This document shows, piece by piece, positions 22,186 through 33,108 of a DNA stretch of 64,000 nt. Source of the DNA: Nannocystales bacterium (lineage in GTDB: Bacteria > Myxococcota_A > Polyangia > Nannocystales > Nannocystaceae). Numbering within the stretch: the stretch's first letter is position 1; each line of letters starts with the position of its first letter. The stretch is from the NCBI GenBank assembly GCA_050633305.1, contig JBOEGF010000009.1, positions 164,571 through 228,570 of the forward strand. Direction: 5' to 3'. Made by a program: the position numbers and the translations under genes. Under the pieces are notes generated by a model. It did not search any database, was not told the DNA's origin, and saw only the letters and a program-made list of their open reading frames with translations.

Positions 22186-24165
22186 ATGACCGCCAACGTC
22201 TTCGAGGAAAGCAAAATGACCCTGACCGCTTGGATCTCCCGTGGGAAGGGCGATCGGGCGAAAGCCAAGTTCGAGTTCGAGCAGGAAGGGGGCGCGGAGA
22301 CCGTCGAGGCTGCCGAGTTGGAGCTGGGGGGGAAGGAGGCTGGGAAGAAGAAGGTCTCCACCACCATCACGCTGCCCAAGTGCAAGGACGACGAGGACTT
22401 CTACACGCTCAGCTACAAGGTCACCTGCGAGGGGAACGAGTACCCCGGTGGTGACTTCAAGGTCTGGCTCAAGACCGCGACATTCAAGGCGGTGAACGCC
22501 GAGGACGGAAGCGAGCTTCCCGGGGTTCAGATCGAGTTCTCGCAGAAGAAGGAGCCCCTGCTTCGGACGGACGACAAGGGGGTGTCTCCGTTGCCGATCA
22601 ATGGCACTGCAGCGTTCACGGTCATCGCGAAGTCGCCGTGTTGGATCGAGAAGTGGACGACGGAGGTCGGGCGCCTGCGAGAGGCGGAAGTCTCCAAGCG
22701 CAAGTACACCGCACTGCTCTCGTATCCTCCACCCGACGACAACGCCGAGGACAAGCCGCACAAACAGTACGTCAACCTCAAGGTCGATCCGAAACTACCC
22801 AACCAGGGGAGCGTGCTCACGGTGTCGGTTGGCGCTCAGACCGATGTCGAGTGCATTCCCGGGCCGAAGGACGAGGAGGTCTACGTCAAGGTCGAGTTCG
22901 ACACGAACAACTCCAAACGGAACTCCCCGAAACCATCGATCACGGTTGGCGGGACGGTCGTGGAACCGACCAAGGGAGTGGCGGAAGGGAAGGTGCCCTA
23001 CAACGACAAGGGGGTCGCGGAGTTCACCGTGCAGCTGGGACAAGCGGGGGGCGACAAGGTGAAGGTGAGTGTTGGAGTCACGCCTGCTTGTGAGGATGGC
23101 ACCGTGTTCATCGAGAACTGGCGGAAGCTCTGGTACCAGCTCACCCTGCCGAAGGGAGCGGCGGAGCCATCGCTGGCGCGGATGGTTGGGGCGCTCGGCG
23201 AGGTCTTCGTGGAGTACGTCCAAGAGGGGAAGACCGTCGAACTGGCTGAGGATGAAGGTCCTGCGGGTTCCTGGTTTCCAGGCAAGTGGCTCAAGGATGC
23301 GGGGACGAAGTACCTGAACATCGGAAACCACAACAAGACCTACTTCCACGGCAAGTTTGTGGACGCCAAGACCCCTCACCAGGTGCACGTGCTTTGCTGT
23401 CACACCCAGTACGATGCGAAGGCGGCCTCGTGCGATACCGATGTCACCCTCACCCTCGACTCCACGAACGAGGCGACGTGGAGCGACGGGACCAAGGTGA
23501 AGGGGAAAGACTACAACGCCGGAAGCGGCTTCTTCCCCAAGTCGCTCAAGGATGGGACCAGCTCGTTGATCAGCGGAGCTTGGGAAGCCGACGACGGCAG
23601 CGTGAAGGGGAAGATCGAGGACGCGGACGTGTGGGTCGACGACTATGCCAACCATGGCTGGGTTACGGTCAAGCTCCCCGACGACGCGAAGACCTACGTT
23701 GAGGCCAAAGCGGGAAACAAGGTGGAAGTCGAGATGACCCTGCATGTCTCCAAAGGCCCGTACCTGGGCGAAGCCGATGGAAACAGCGGGTGGTTGCAGC
23801 TCATCGTGTTCAAGGCCGCCGAGAATGTCGTGAACGACGTCATGGCTCACGAGCTTGGGCACACGATGAACCAGGTCCCTCAGTCTTCAGGCGGCAAGCC
23901 CCCTGGACTCTCGGCTGTGGTGCACGGTCGGGAGTACACGGGCAACGAACACCAGGGCGGCCACTGTGCCGACGGGATGAGTTCCGCCAACTACAACGGC
24001 GGGGCCGGCAAGGTCGGTTCGGACTACGCGGGAGACTTCTCCGGAAAGGCCGAGTGCACGTGCATCATGTACGGCGAGAACGGAGCGGGATCGACATGTG
24101 CGGGCAAGTTCTGCACACGTTGCCAGCCGTTCATCAAGGCGGAAGCACTCGCCAGCCTCCACTAG
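22186..24165 (+). CDS. Signal-less 659-aa protein with C-terminal zinc-metallopeptidase-like (archaemetzincin-like) domain
   Basis: GGAGGA SD-like site upstream; MAHELGH (HELGH at 23848-23862), then HQGGHC, CTCIMYG and FCTRC; beta-rich, Lys-rich N-terminal region. Confidence 0.8.
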   Translation: MTANVFEESKMTLTAWISRGKGDRAKAKFEFEQEGGAETVEAAELELGGKEAGKKKVSTTITLPKCKDDEDFYTLSYKVTCEGNEYPGGDFKVWLKTATFKAVNAEDGSELPGVQIEFSQKKEPLLRTDDKGVSPLPINGTAAFTVIAKSPCWIEKWTTEVGRLREAEVSKRKYTALLSYPPPDDNAEDKPHKQYVNLKVDPKLPNQGSVLTVSVGAQTDVECIPGPKDEEVYVKVEFDTNNSKRNSPKPSITVGGTVVEPTKGVAEGKVPYNDKGVAEFTVQLGQAGGDKVKVSVGVTPACEDGTVFIENWRKLWYQLTLPKGAAEPSLARMVGALGEVFVEYVQEGKTVELAEDEGPAGSWFPGKWLKDAGTKYLNIGNHNKTYFHGKFVDAKTPHQVHVLCCHTQYDAKAASCDTDVTLTLDSTNEATWSDGTKVKGKDYNAGSGFFPKSLKDGTSSLISGAWEADDGSVKGKIEDADVWVDDYANHGWVTVKLPDDAKTYVEAKAGNKVEVEMTLHVSKGPYLGEADGNSGWLQLIVFKAAENVVNDVMAHELGHTMNQVPQSSGGKPPGLSAVVHGREYTGNEHQGGHCADGMSSANYNGGAGKVGSDYAGDFSGKAECTCIMYGENGAGSTCAGKFCTRCQPFIKAEALASLH

Positions 24166-24184
24166 CTCGGACGAAGGGCACGAC

Positions 24185-25264
24185 GTGAGCAACGGCCAAT
24201 TTTCACTCGACGACGACGACTTCTGGGACAACCCCACGAAGAACAAGGCACAGCTGATGAAGGGGTTGATGCGGGGCAAGCGTAGCTGCGTCGTTCTCGA
24301 CGCGCCGCGGCACGTGCCGACTCCGGACCGCAAGACCCTCCCCGTAGCGGGAATCCACGTGCGGACGCTGCGGGAGAACTATCAAATCGACCAGGAGAAG
24401 CATCTCCTCGCGGTCGCGGTGGACACCGAGGACAACACGGCAAGGGTCGGGGTTGCGTTGGGTACCGGCAAGACGCCCGGTGGTCGTCCGGTCCCGCCCC
24501 AGGAGGACCCCGGCGAGGGATTCGTCGGCAACATGTTCGTCTGCGACGTTGGCCGACAGCTCGGTGTTCCGCTGGAAGGACGGCAGGCCGTCACCATGAT
24601 GGTGCGCGAGTACCTGTCCAACACGTGCACGCTGGAGGTCGGTCCGAGCATGCACGCGTTCGAAGACGACGAGGTCCGCCGGTACGTCGAGGCGCGTCGC
24701 GGAGCGTTACAACCTCCGCGAGTCCGGTCGGTGTGGCCGCCGCTTCCACAGATCTCGGGCGCGATCACGCGAGCGCTCCAGGGGAAGCCGGACCCGTTCC
24801 CCAACTACAAACAACGGGATGACTCCCCGCCTGTCCCCGATGATGTCGGCGTCGAGTTCACGATCGACCGAGTGACCGAGGCAATCCCGGGACGGCGCTG
24901 TCTGTTGCGCGGCGCGTTTCGGCTCCCGGTCACCGCTCACGAGCGCGTGGGCGTGGATGCGGACACAGGAAGACTGCGCGATGTCGGCTGCCCGGGCGCA
25001 ACGGCGGTGGTCGGCATCCATCTCGTCGCAACGGGCACCACCCTCACCGGGCCCTTTGTCTTTCCTCTACGGGTCCCCAGCTTTGATGTGCTGGAGTCCA
25101 GCGGAGATACGACCGCCACGGGGTTCTTCAACATCGACCTCTTCGGGCTTGATGCGATGCCCAAGCGTGCTGGCACGTACTTCTTCACCGCATTTTCACG
25201 GGAGGTGACGCGCGGGCCTGTCTACGTCGGTCTCGCGCCTTCGGTCGGCGTGAGTGAGGGATGA
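24185..25264 (+). CDS. Hypothetical cytoplasmic protein, paralogue of 25261-26361
   Basis: GTG start after GAAGG, 19 nt after the upstream stop; shares ordered motifs with the next gene. Confidence 0.75.
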   Translation: MSNGQFSLDDDDFWDNPTKNKAQLMKGLMRGKRSCVVLDAPRHVPTPDRKTLPVAGIHVRTLRENYQIDQEKHLLAVAVDTEDNTARVGVALGTGKTPGGRPVPPQEDPGEGFVGNMFVCDVGRQLGVPLEGRQAVTMMVREYLSNTCTLEVGPSMHAFEDDEVRRYVEARRGALQPPRVRSVWPPLPQISGAITRALQGKPDPFPNYKQRDDSPPVPDDVGVEFTIDRVTEAIPGRRCLLRGAFRLPVTAHERVGVDADTGRLRDVGCPGATAVVGIHLVATGTTLTGPFVFPLRVPSFDVLESSGDTTATGFFNIDLFGLDAMPKRAGTYFFTAFSREVTRGPVYVGLAPSVGVSEG

Positions 25265-26361
25265 GTTCTCAAGCCCCGTGGTCGCGGTGCGTTTGGGGAG
25301 CGTTTGTCGTCCTGGGCTTGGGCTGCAACGACGCGAAGACCGTCGATCCGCAGACGCCTGCCGCAACCCTCGAGCCTCCCGGTGCCGTCGACCCCCCTGA
25401 ACCTGAACCTGACCCTGAACCTGAACCTGAATCCGAACCCGTGCCTGCGACTCCGATGACTCCAGATCCCGCTCCACAAATCCACGCGCTGGGCATCGAT
25501 GACGCCGCATTCTTCGACGGTGGCACGAGCAAGGCGATGGCGGTCGCGCGTCGGGAGCTGCGAAAGGGGGGAGTGCGGGTCCTCCGAATCGACGCTCCAT
25601 TCGTCGTGGACACCGCAACACAGTCTTCTCTGCCAGTTCATGGTGTGTTTGCGCGAGAGGACTCGGACGCCGCCGATCTGGAGCAGAGCAGCATTGTCGT
25701 CGCCGTCGACGTGACGAACAACGCGTTCCATGCGGGCACGGCACTGCGAAGTTCGAAGTTGTCGGGCAAGGGCGGAGGCTCCAAGGAAGGCTCGAAAGCG
25801 GGGGCGAAAGCGGATGCAACGCAAGCCGCGTTCGTGGCGTCGTCGTTTGACCTCGATGTGTTCGAGCGACTGCCCGAGCTGCAGCGCAAGGGCGTGAACG
25901 TCCAGCTCTACGTGGTCCAGCAGGGCCTGCTCTCCAACGGCACGCGCTGCGCTCTGAGCGGGACTGGAACCCATGCCGCACAAGGCTTGCCGACCAAGCT
26001 TGCGGCAAACCTGGAGGAGCACGCGGACTCGCCGAAAGCGCCCGCGGGAGGCGGCGTGGTGCTCTCCGTCCCCGGCGAGGCTGTCTCCGAGCCCGGAGCA
26101 TCCGTCGTCTTGCGCGGTGCTGTGCGTGCGCGTGGCGAGAGCGCCCGGGTGTTCTTGATGGCGACGAGCGACAAGGCGTCCGGCCCGTTCAGTTTTGTCG
26201 TGGACGTCCCGCTCCGCGAGGGGGTCGGTCACTTCAACGTCGACGTCGTCGGGGATGAGGGACCGCCGAAACGGCCCGCGCAATGGCACTGGTATGCGTT
26301 CATGGGAGAGAGCAGCGCGGGGCCGGCAGACCTGCTGCTCACGCCCGGCGCGCCCTGGTAG
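25261..26361 (+). CDS. Hypothetical lipoprotein, paralogue of 24185-25264
   Basis: FVVLGLGC lipobox, PEPEPDPEPEPE linker, then a domain similar to the preceding gene; ATGA overlap. Confidence 0.8.
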   Translation: MSSQAPWSRCVWGAFVVLGLGCNDAKTVDPQTPAATLEPPGAVDPPEPEPDPEPEPESEPVPATPMTPDPAPQIHALGIDDAAFFDGGTSKAMAVARRELRKGGVRVLRIDAPFVVDTATQSSLPVHGVFAREDSDAADLEQSSIVVAVDVTNNAFHAGTALRSSKLSGKGGGSKEGSKAGAKADATQAAFVASSFDLDVFERLPELQRKGVNVQLYVVQQGLLSNGTRCALSGTGTHAAQGLPTKLAANLEEHADSPKAPAGGGVVLSVPGEAVSEPGASVVLRGAVRARGESARVFLMATSDKASGPFSFVVDVPLREGVGHFNVDVVGDEGPPKRPAQWHWYAFMGESSAGPADLLLTPGAPW

Positions 26362-26378
26362 CGTGAGCGGCAGCGCGC

Positions 26379-27130
26379 TCAGATCATGATCTCGATGAGT
26401 TCCGCGGCCTCTTCGTGCTCCGACTTGTCGGGCGCGTCGTTCGCCTCGGTCGGCGTCGCAGCGGACTCCAGCGCATGCGAGAGCGGACACCGTCCATCCA
26501 TGGTCTCGCCTCGCCGATAGCGCCCCAGCAGCTTCCGCGACCGTTCGGCGAGCATGCGCCGGACCTCGCGACGCATGCCCTTGACCCTTGGGATCTTCAT
26601 GTCGTCGTAGGCGGTGGTCTGGTGCCGCATCCACGCGATGGTGGCTGCCTCGGCGCGTCGGTCGACATCGATGCGCTTGGTCCGAGCGACCGTGCCGCTG
26701 CCCACAGGTGTAGCGTGAACGGCGATGGCCCGGGCCATGCGCTCCTGAAGCTCGCGGTAGCGGACGTCGAAGTCGAGGAAGAGCGAAACGGCGACGGTGA
26801 ACTCGACGACGTAAGCTTCTTGCTCCTTGGCACGACGGGCTCGTCCAGCTTCCAGGCGCTTGGTGTACTTGGGGTCTTCCTTCTCGCCCGCACGCTCGGT
26901 CTGGAGCCGGGTGATGGTCTCCGCGGGGGCCCAGATCCCCTGAGAGAAGGTGCGGCGGCCTTTCTTGGCCTGGATGACCCACGCGGGGCCGGCTGCCTTC
27001 ACACGGCGAGTCAGCGCTGCGTCTCCGGGCGGAAGCAGTGCCCAACCGGCCGGTACCTCGAGGACGCGCCCATCCTCGGTGCGAGGGCGGCGTGGGTCCT
27101 TGGTCGCCCAGAGCTTCAGCGTCTCAGGCT

Positions 27131-27134
<4 letters not shown>
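26379..27134 (-). CDS. DUF2293-like domain protein
   Basis: LLPPGDAALTRRVK, HATPVGSGTVART, IAWMRHQTTAYD. Confidence 0.8.
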
Positions 27135-28462
<1,328 letters not shown>

Positions 28463-28503
28463 GGCGCCGCAAGGAGTACCAGCCCGCGCGGGTGCGGTGC
28501 GCG

Positions 28504-30186
28504 CTATCCGGCGGCGGGTGGGATCGACACGACCCGCAGGCCGGCACCGCCAGGATAGGCGAAGCTGACGGCCTCGTCGTACCCGAACACGGACACACCG
28601 ATGCGTCCGCGGGCCTCGATGATGTGCTGCCCCTCGTCGACTGGCAGCTGCGCGTAGCGGAACTGCTCTCCGTCGAGAACGCCGAGCATGCTGTACCGCG
28701 ACTCTGGGACGTCGTCGCCGTCGAGCGTCACGGTGCCGTTTCCTTGGGCGACGACCGAGATGTGGGTCTCGACGTATCCCGCGGGCACGACGAAGGCGAG
28801 GCGGGACTCGAACTGTAGCGCGGAGGGGACGACCATCATCGCGGGATCGCCGACACCCTCGCCGGGGAGAAGCTGGTTGCTCAGGAGGAACTGCGCGAGG
28901 CCGAAGGCGTGCTCGGGGTCGGCGGACGCGACGGTAAACGGCGCGTCGGTTTGGAACTCCAGCGTCTCACCTGAATTCACGTGGGTCGGGGCGCCATCGG
29001 GTTTCTCGGGGCAGTACAGCAGCTGTGTGCCGTCGAAGGAGCCCGTGATTCGGTACAGAGCGGGGTCGTCTTCGCCGTCACCGGCCACGCTGGGCGGCGG
29101 GGCGACCGCGTAGCGGCTGCTCCAGGCGGTGCGCGGAGAAAGCTGATGCTCGAGGTGGTCGGCGCAGCACTCTCCAGCTTCCAGCGGTTCGATCGTGGCC
29201 ACGTTTCCACCGAACACGGCGACGGGGGCATTCGCAGTGACTCGGGTCCCCGAGAGGTTGCCCGTTTCCCCAGTTCCTTGAGTGGAGACGATCGTCCAGA
29301 CCTGGCCTTCGCCCATGACCTTGGTCTTGGTGGTTCCTCCCGCGAGTGGAGCGGTGGGGTCGATCTGGACCTGGGTCCCGTCTTGAGTCGCGACGACGCT
29401 GACGAAGGCGCCCGCGTTGCGCGGGTCGGTGTCGCTGGGTCCTTGGGACAAGAGGATCGCCGAGCCCGTGACCGCGACATAGTCGTCGCCCAGGGCGTGC
29501 GTGGGCAAGAGCAACGACGCGTCGTTGGAGTAGACCTCGGTGGTGTTGTCGAGGGGGTTGAACTGGTACGCAACGATGGGGGTGTTGCTGGAGATCCGGT
29601 ACGCCAAGCCATCCGCGGTTCCGAAGTTCGGCTCGATCGACGCGGAAGGGAGGGTGAAGGTGTGGGTTTGGCGAGGCTCGACCAGTGCCATCGCAAACGG
29701 GATCCCCTCACCGGGCAGGTACACATCGACCTGCGCAGCTGCGAGCCCGGAGGGGTTTCCGACCGCGACGGAGAACTGTTGGTCCGCAGCCGGAGGGCTC
29801 ATGAACGTGCCGCGGTCGTCGTTGGGCAGGTCGACCGCCCAAAACTCGCAGCCCAGGTTCGTGCTGATCGTGTCGGCCTCGTCGCAGCCGAACTCGAACG
29901 TCACGCCGCCGTCGGGGGCACCGACGTCAAACTTGAACCCACCGTCGTCGGTGGTCGATCCGCTGGATGTGGCTGCGGCGTCATCCGTGCGGCAATGCGC
30001 AGGGGTTGCATCGGAGCCCCCAGATGCTGCCGTAGGGTCGGGGAGCGGGAGGCCGCCGGGACCCGCCGACGCTCCCGAAGTCCCGCTTGCACCTGGCAGC
30101 GGTGGCGGGTTGCCCTCCTCGACCTCGCCACAGCCCAAGAGCGCGGTCGCGATGAGCAATGCCCAGGGGCTCTGCGGTGCCGTCAC
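28504..30186 (-). CDS. IgGFc-binding-domain lipoprotein
   Basis: ALLGC lipobox; NLGCEFWAVDLPN, YQFNPL, SNDASLLLP, DHLEHQ, GDPAM, SFAYPGG. Confidence 0.85.
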   Translation of the reverse strand: MTAPQSPWALLIATALLGCGEVEEGNPPPLPGASGTSGASAGPGGLPLPDPTAASGGSDATPAHCRTDDAAATSSGSTTDDGGFKFDVGAPDGGVTFEFGCDEADTISTNLGCEFWAVDLPNDDRGTFMSPPAADQQFSVAVGNPSGLAAAQVDVYLPGEGIPFAMALVEPRQTHTFTLPSASIEPNFGTADGLAYRISSNTPIVAYQFNPLDNTTEVYSNDASLLLPTHALGDDYVAVTGSAILLSQGPSDTDPRNAGAFVSVVATQDGTQVQIDPTAPLAGGTTKTKVMGEGQVWTIVSTQGTGETGNLSGTRVTANAPVAVFGGNVATIEPLEAGECCADHLEHQLSPRTAWSSRYAVAPPPSVAGDGEDDPALYRITGSFDGTQLLYCPEKPDGAPTHVNSGETLEFQTDAPFTVASADPEHAFGLAQFLLSNQLLPGEGVGDPAMMVVPSALQFESRLAFVVPAGYVETHISVVAQGNGTVTLDGDDVPESRYSMLGVLDGEQFRYAQLPVDEGQHIIEARGRIGVSVFGYDEAVSFAYPGGAGLRVVSIPPAAG

Positions 30187-30312
30187 TGATCATCGATAGC
30201 GTCGCAGAGGACCGGCTTCAAGGTGGGCGCTGTGCTGCGCTGTGGTTTTTTTCGGGGCACGCGCGCTGAGCGACACCCCCAGCGGGCGCTCGTGGGCGTA
30301 TGCTCGGCCCAG

Positions 30313-31029
30313 ATGGTTGCTCGCCAAGCCCTGCTCCACGCCGCGACGAACTACTTGCGAAGCCATCCCGAAGAACTCGCCCGACTCTTGCGAAACGCCA
30401 TGGGTCTGCGGGTTGGGGTCCCGATCGCGGGTCTTCGATGGTTGGCGTCGCGGGGTGGGGACACTGGACCCACCGATGTCGAAATCGATCCCGACCCGCC
30501 GGGGATCCGTGTCGGGGCGACGCTGGACATGATGGGCACGCCGGTGCGCGCGCTCACCAGCATCTTCATCGAACGAATTCGGGCCTCTGACGAGGAACTG
30601 CGGCTCGAAATCCGACTCGAGGGGACCACGCTCCGCGTGCTCGATGAAGACGCGGCCTCACCTGTCGCGGCCTTGATTCGATCTGGTGCGCTGGATTTGA
30701 CCAAGAGCGGCTCGCTGGCGTCGCACATGCCGAAGGTGGGGGCGTTGCTCAGCGAGTCCACGGGCAACAAGCTGGTCATCGACCTCATGAAGCATCCGAA
30801 GATCGGCAAGAGCCGCGCCGTTCGGCGGGCCCTCGGGTTGGTGTCGTCCCTGGTCACCGTCCATGGTGTCGAGAGTGACGAGGGACACCTCGATGTCCTC
30901 TTCCGCGCGCTTCCGAGGGGGATGGGAGGGGCGGCGCGGGCGGTTCGCGACCATTTGTTCAGCGCAGGCCCTCCGTGGGTCCGGGGCATGTTGCCTGGCC
31001 GTAGTTCCGACTCCCGTCCAGGGTACTGA
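30313..31029 (+). CDS. Hypothetical protein
   Basis: Protein-like ORF directly upstream of the agmatinase gene; no motif recognised. Confidence 0.7.
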   Translation: MVARQALLHAATNYLRSHPEELARLLRNAMGLRVGVPIAGLRWLASRGGDTGPTDVEIDPDPPGIRVGATLDMMGTPVRALTSIFIERIRASDEELRLEIRLEGTTLRVLDEDAASPVAALIRSGALDLTKSGSLASHMPKVGALLSESTGNKLVIDLMKHPKIGKSRAVRRALGLVSSLVTVHGVESDEGHLDVLFRALPRGMGGAARAVRDHLFSAGPPWVRGMLPGRSSDSRPGY

Positions 31030-31044
31030 CCTGCGAGTCGGACC

Positions 31045-32121
31045 ATGACGCCACGGCGGATCGACCTCGATCGGTTTGACGAGGATGGGGCCGGAGATCC
31101 CGGCGGCAGCGTATTTGGCCTACCGTACGCGGCCGAAGAGAGCTCCGTCGTCATCATCCCGGTGCCGTGGGAGCCGACCGTCAGCTACGGTCGGGGCACC
31201 GCGCTGGGGCCGGCGACGGTGCGCGCGGCTTCCGAGCAGCTCGATCTCTACGATCCCGAGCTCGCGATTCATGGACTCGCCCGGCCGTGGGTGTTCGGTC
31301 TGCACATGCTGGCCGAGGACCCGCGGGTTCGGGGCTGGAACGAGACCGCGTGCCGCCTCGCGCTCCCCATCGTAGAAGCCGGGGGCGTTCCCGCTGGAGA
31401 TCCCGCGGTCGCCCGCGTGGACGAACTGGGTGCACAACTCGACCAGTGGGTCTTCGGTGAGGCGGCGGGGTGGCACGCGCGCGATCGCATCGTTGGGTTG
31501 GTCGGAGGAGATCACTCCAGTTCGTTCGGCGCGATCCAAGCTGCGGCAGCGGCCCACGACGGACTTGGGATTCTGCACGTGGACGCGCATGCCGACCTGC
31601 GGATCGCGTACGAGGGGTTCGCCTGCTCGCACGCCAGCGTCATGCACAACGTGCTGGAACGAGTCCCCGGGGTCGCCAAGATCGTCCAGGTCGGGATCCG
31701 AGATCTCAGCGCGACGGAGGCAAGGCGGATCTCGGAGGAACCGCGGCTTCACACGTTCTTCGATCACGCGCTCCGATCCGCGGCGGGGCAGCCCTGGGAG
31801 GCCCAGTGCGCGTCGATCGTCGCCTCACTGCCACAGACGGTCTACGTTTCGTTCGACATCGACGGGCTCGACCCTTCGTTGTGCCCGCATACCGGCACCC
31901 CGGTGCCCGGTGGCCTCTGTTTTGGGCAAGCGATGACGCTGCTGCGGGTGCTGGCGACCAGCGGCCGCCGCGTCGTGGGGTTCGACCTGGTGGAGGTTGC
32001 GCCGCCTCCCTCGGGACCCTCCGGGCCTGCCCAGCAGTGGGACGGCAACGTCGGGGCCCGGGTCCTGCACCGCCTGTGTGGGGCCGCATTGCTGAGTCAG
32101 GGCGCCCGAGACCCCGGCTGA
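31045..32121 (+). CDS. speB: Agmatinase (ureohydrolase/arginase family)
   Basis: GGDHS, HVDAHADLR, SHAS, SFDIDGLDP, TGTPVPGGL, GFDLVEV. Confidence 0.85.
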   Translation: MTPRRIDLDRFDEDGAGDPGGSVFGLPYAAEESSVVIIPVPWEPTVSYGRGTALGPATVRAASEQLDLYDPELAIHGLARPWVFGLHMLAEDPRVRGWNETACRLALPIVEAGGVPAGDPAVARVDELGAQLDQWVFGEAAGWHARDRIVGLVGGDHSSSFGAIQAAAAAHDGLGILHVDAHADLRIAYEGFACSHASVMHNVLERVPGVAKIVQVGIRDLSATEARRISEEPRLHTFFDHALRSAAGQPWEAQCASIVASLPQTVYVSFDIDGLDPSLCPHTGTPVPGGLCFGQAMTLLRVLATSGRRVVGFDLVEVAPPPSGPSGPAQQWDGNVGARVLHRLCGAALLSQGARDPG

Positions 32122-32143
32122 TGCGGTTGCGCGAAAATCCTCT

Positions 32144-32172
32144 TTGACAACCGTCGCCGGGTCGAATAAGTA
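32144..32172 (+). promoter_or_regulatory. Sigma-70-type promoter of tRNA-Pro
   Basis: Perfect TTGACA at 32144-32149, 17-nt spacer, imperfect -10 TAAGTA at 32167-32172. Confidence 0.55.
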
Positions 32173-32189
32173 CCTGCCTCTAAAAGCGA

Positions 32190-32267
<78 letters not shown>

Positions 32268-32272
32268 TCATC

Positions 32273-32299
32273 ACCCTGCGGGTTCGCCCGCGGGGTTTT
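32273..32299 (+). terminator. Intrinsic terminator after tRNA-Pro
   Basis: CCCTGCGGG-TTCG-CCCGCGGGG followed by TTTT. Confidence 0.85.
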
Positions 32300-32517
32300 G
32301 AGTTTAACGACCTTGCACCCGTGTTGGCCCTCCAGGAGGGCCTCCCCGCTGCAGCCTGTGGGAGGGGGACTTCGGGCCGAACTGGCCATCGAAGTGGCCG
32401 GTCCGGTCCGTGTGTCCTCGGGCGCCGTCGGCCAAGTTGGCCGCGAACCCGAGGGCTACCGCCTGGCGGTCAGCGGTCGCGAAGCGTCCGTGCCCTCACA
32501 ACCCGAAGGAAACGACG

Positions 32518-33012
32518 ATGAACAAACTGAGAGTATTCCTCCTTGCAGCGGGAGCCAGCCTGGGCCTTGGCTGTTCGGAGCCGGAACTACACGAGCACCG
32601 CTGGGACGATATCGAAGTCGAGGAGGGCGAGGCGCTTGATGAGCTCGAAGATGCGGAGACCGGGGGCACCGACAGCGAGGACTTGCTCGACGTAGACGGC
32701 GAGGAAATCGATGGGCTGCGTGCCGACGGTCTCGAATCGGAAGCCGTTGGGGCTCTGTGTCGGCTGGGCGCCAACCGAGGTTGGAACTCGCTCCCCGATT
32801 GTGGTGCAGGGGAGTTCTGCGGTGCACTCGGAGGCGGCGGGCAATGCTCACGGGTCATGGGGCGGTGCATCGCACAGCCCCCATCGTGTCCTCCAGGTGG
32901 GACCGCCGTCTGTGGATGCGACGGCCAAGACTACGGCAGCGAGTGTCACGCCCACTTGGCCGGGGTGAGCGTCTCGTACGGCGGAAGCTGCACTCCCGGG
33001 TCCCTGGACTGA
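32518..33012 (+). CDS. Lipoprotein with Kazal-type (protease-inhibitor-like) domain
   Basis: GAAGGA SD-like site; LGLGC lipobox; AVCGCDGQDYGSECHAHLAGVSV...GSC. Confidence 0.85.
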   Translation: MNKLRVFLLAAGASLGLGCSEPELHEHRWDDIEVEEGEALDELEDAETGGTDSEDLLDVDGEEIDGLRADGLESEAVGALCRLGANRGWNSLPDCGAGEFCGALGGGGQCSRVMGRCIAQPPSCPPGGTAVCGCDGQDYGSECHAHLAGVSVSYGGSCTPGSLD

Positions 33013-33108
33013 CTGTGGTGGGACAGCGCTCGGAAGACTGCGAGCGCTGTCCGGCCGTTGAGCGAAAGCGCTCGCTCTCGCTGCGCCGGGGTGCGAGTGC
33101 AGGAGGGT

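Noticed and set aside
25390..25445. CCTGAA hexamer tandem repeat as a phase-variation tract
   Set aside because: The 6-bp unit keeps the frame and encodes an ordinary PE linker.
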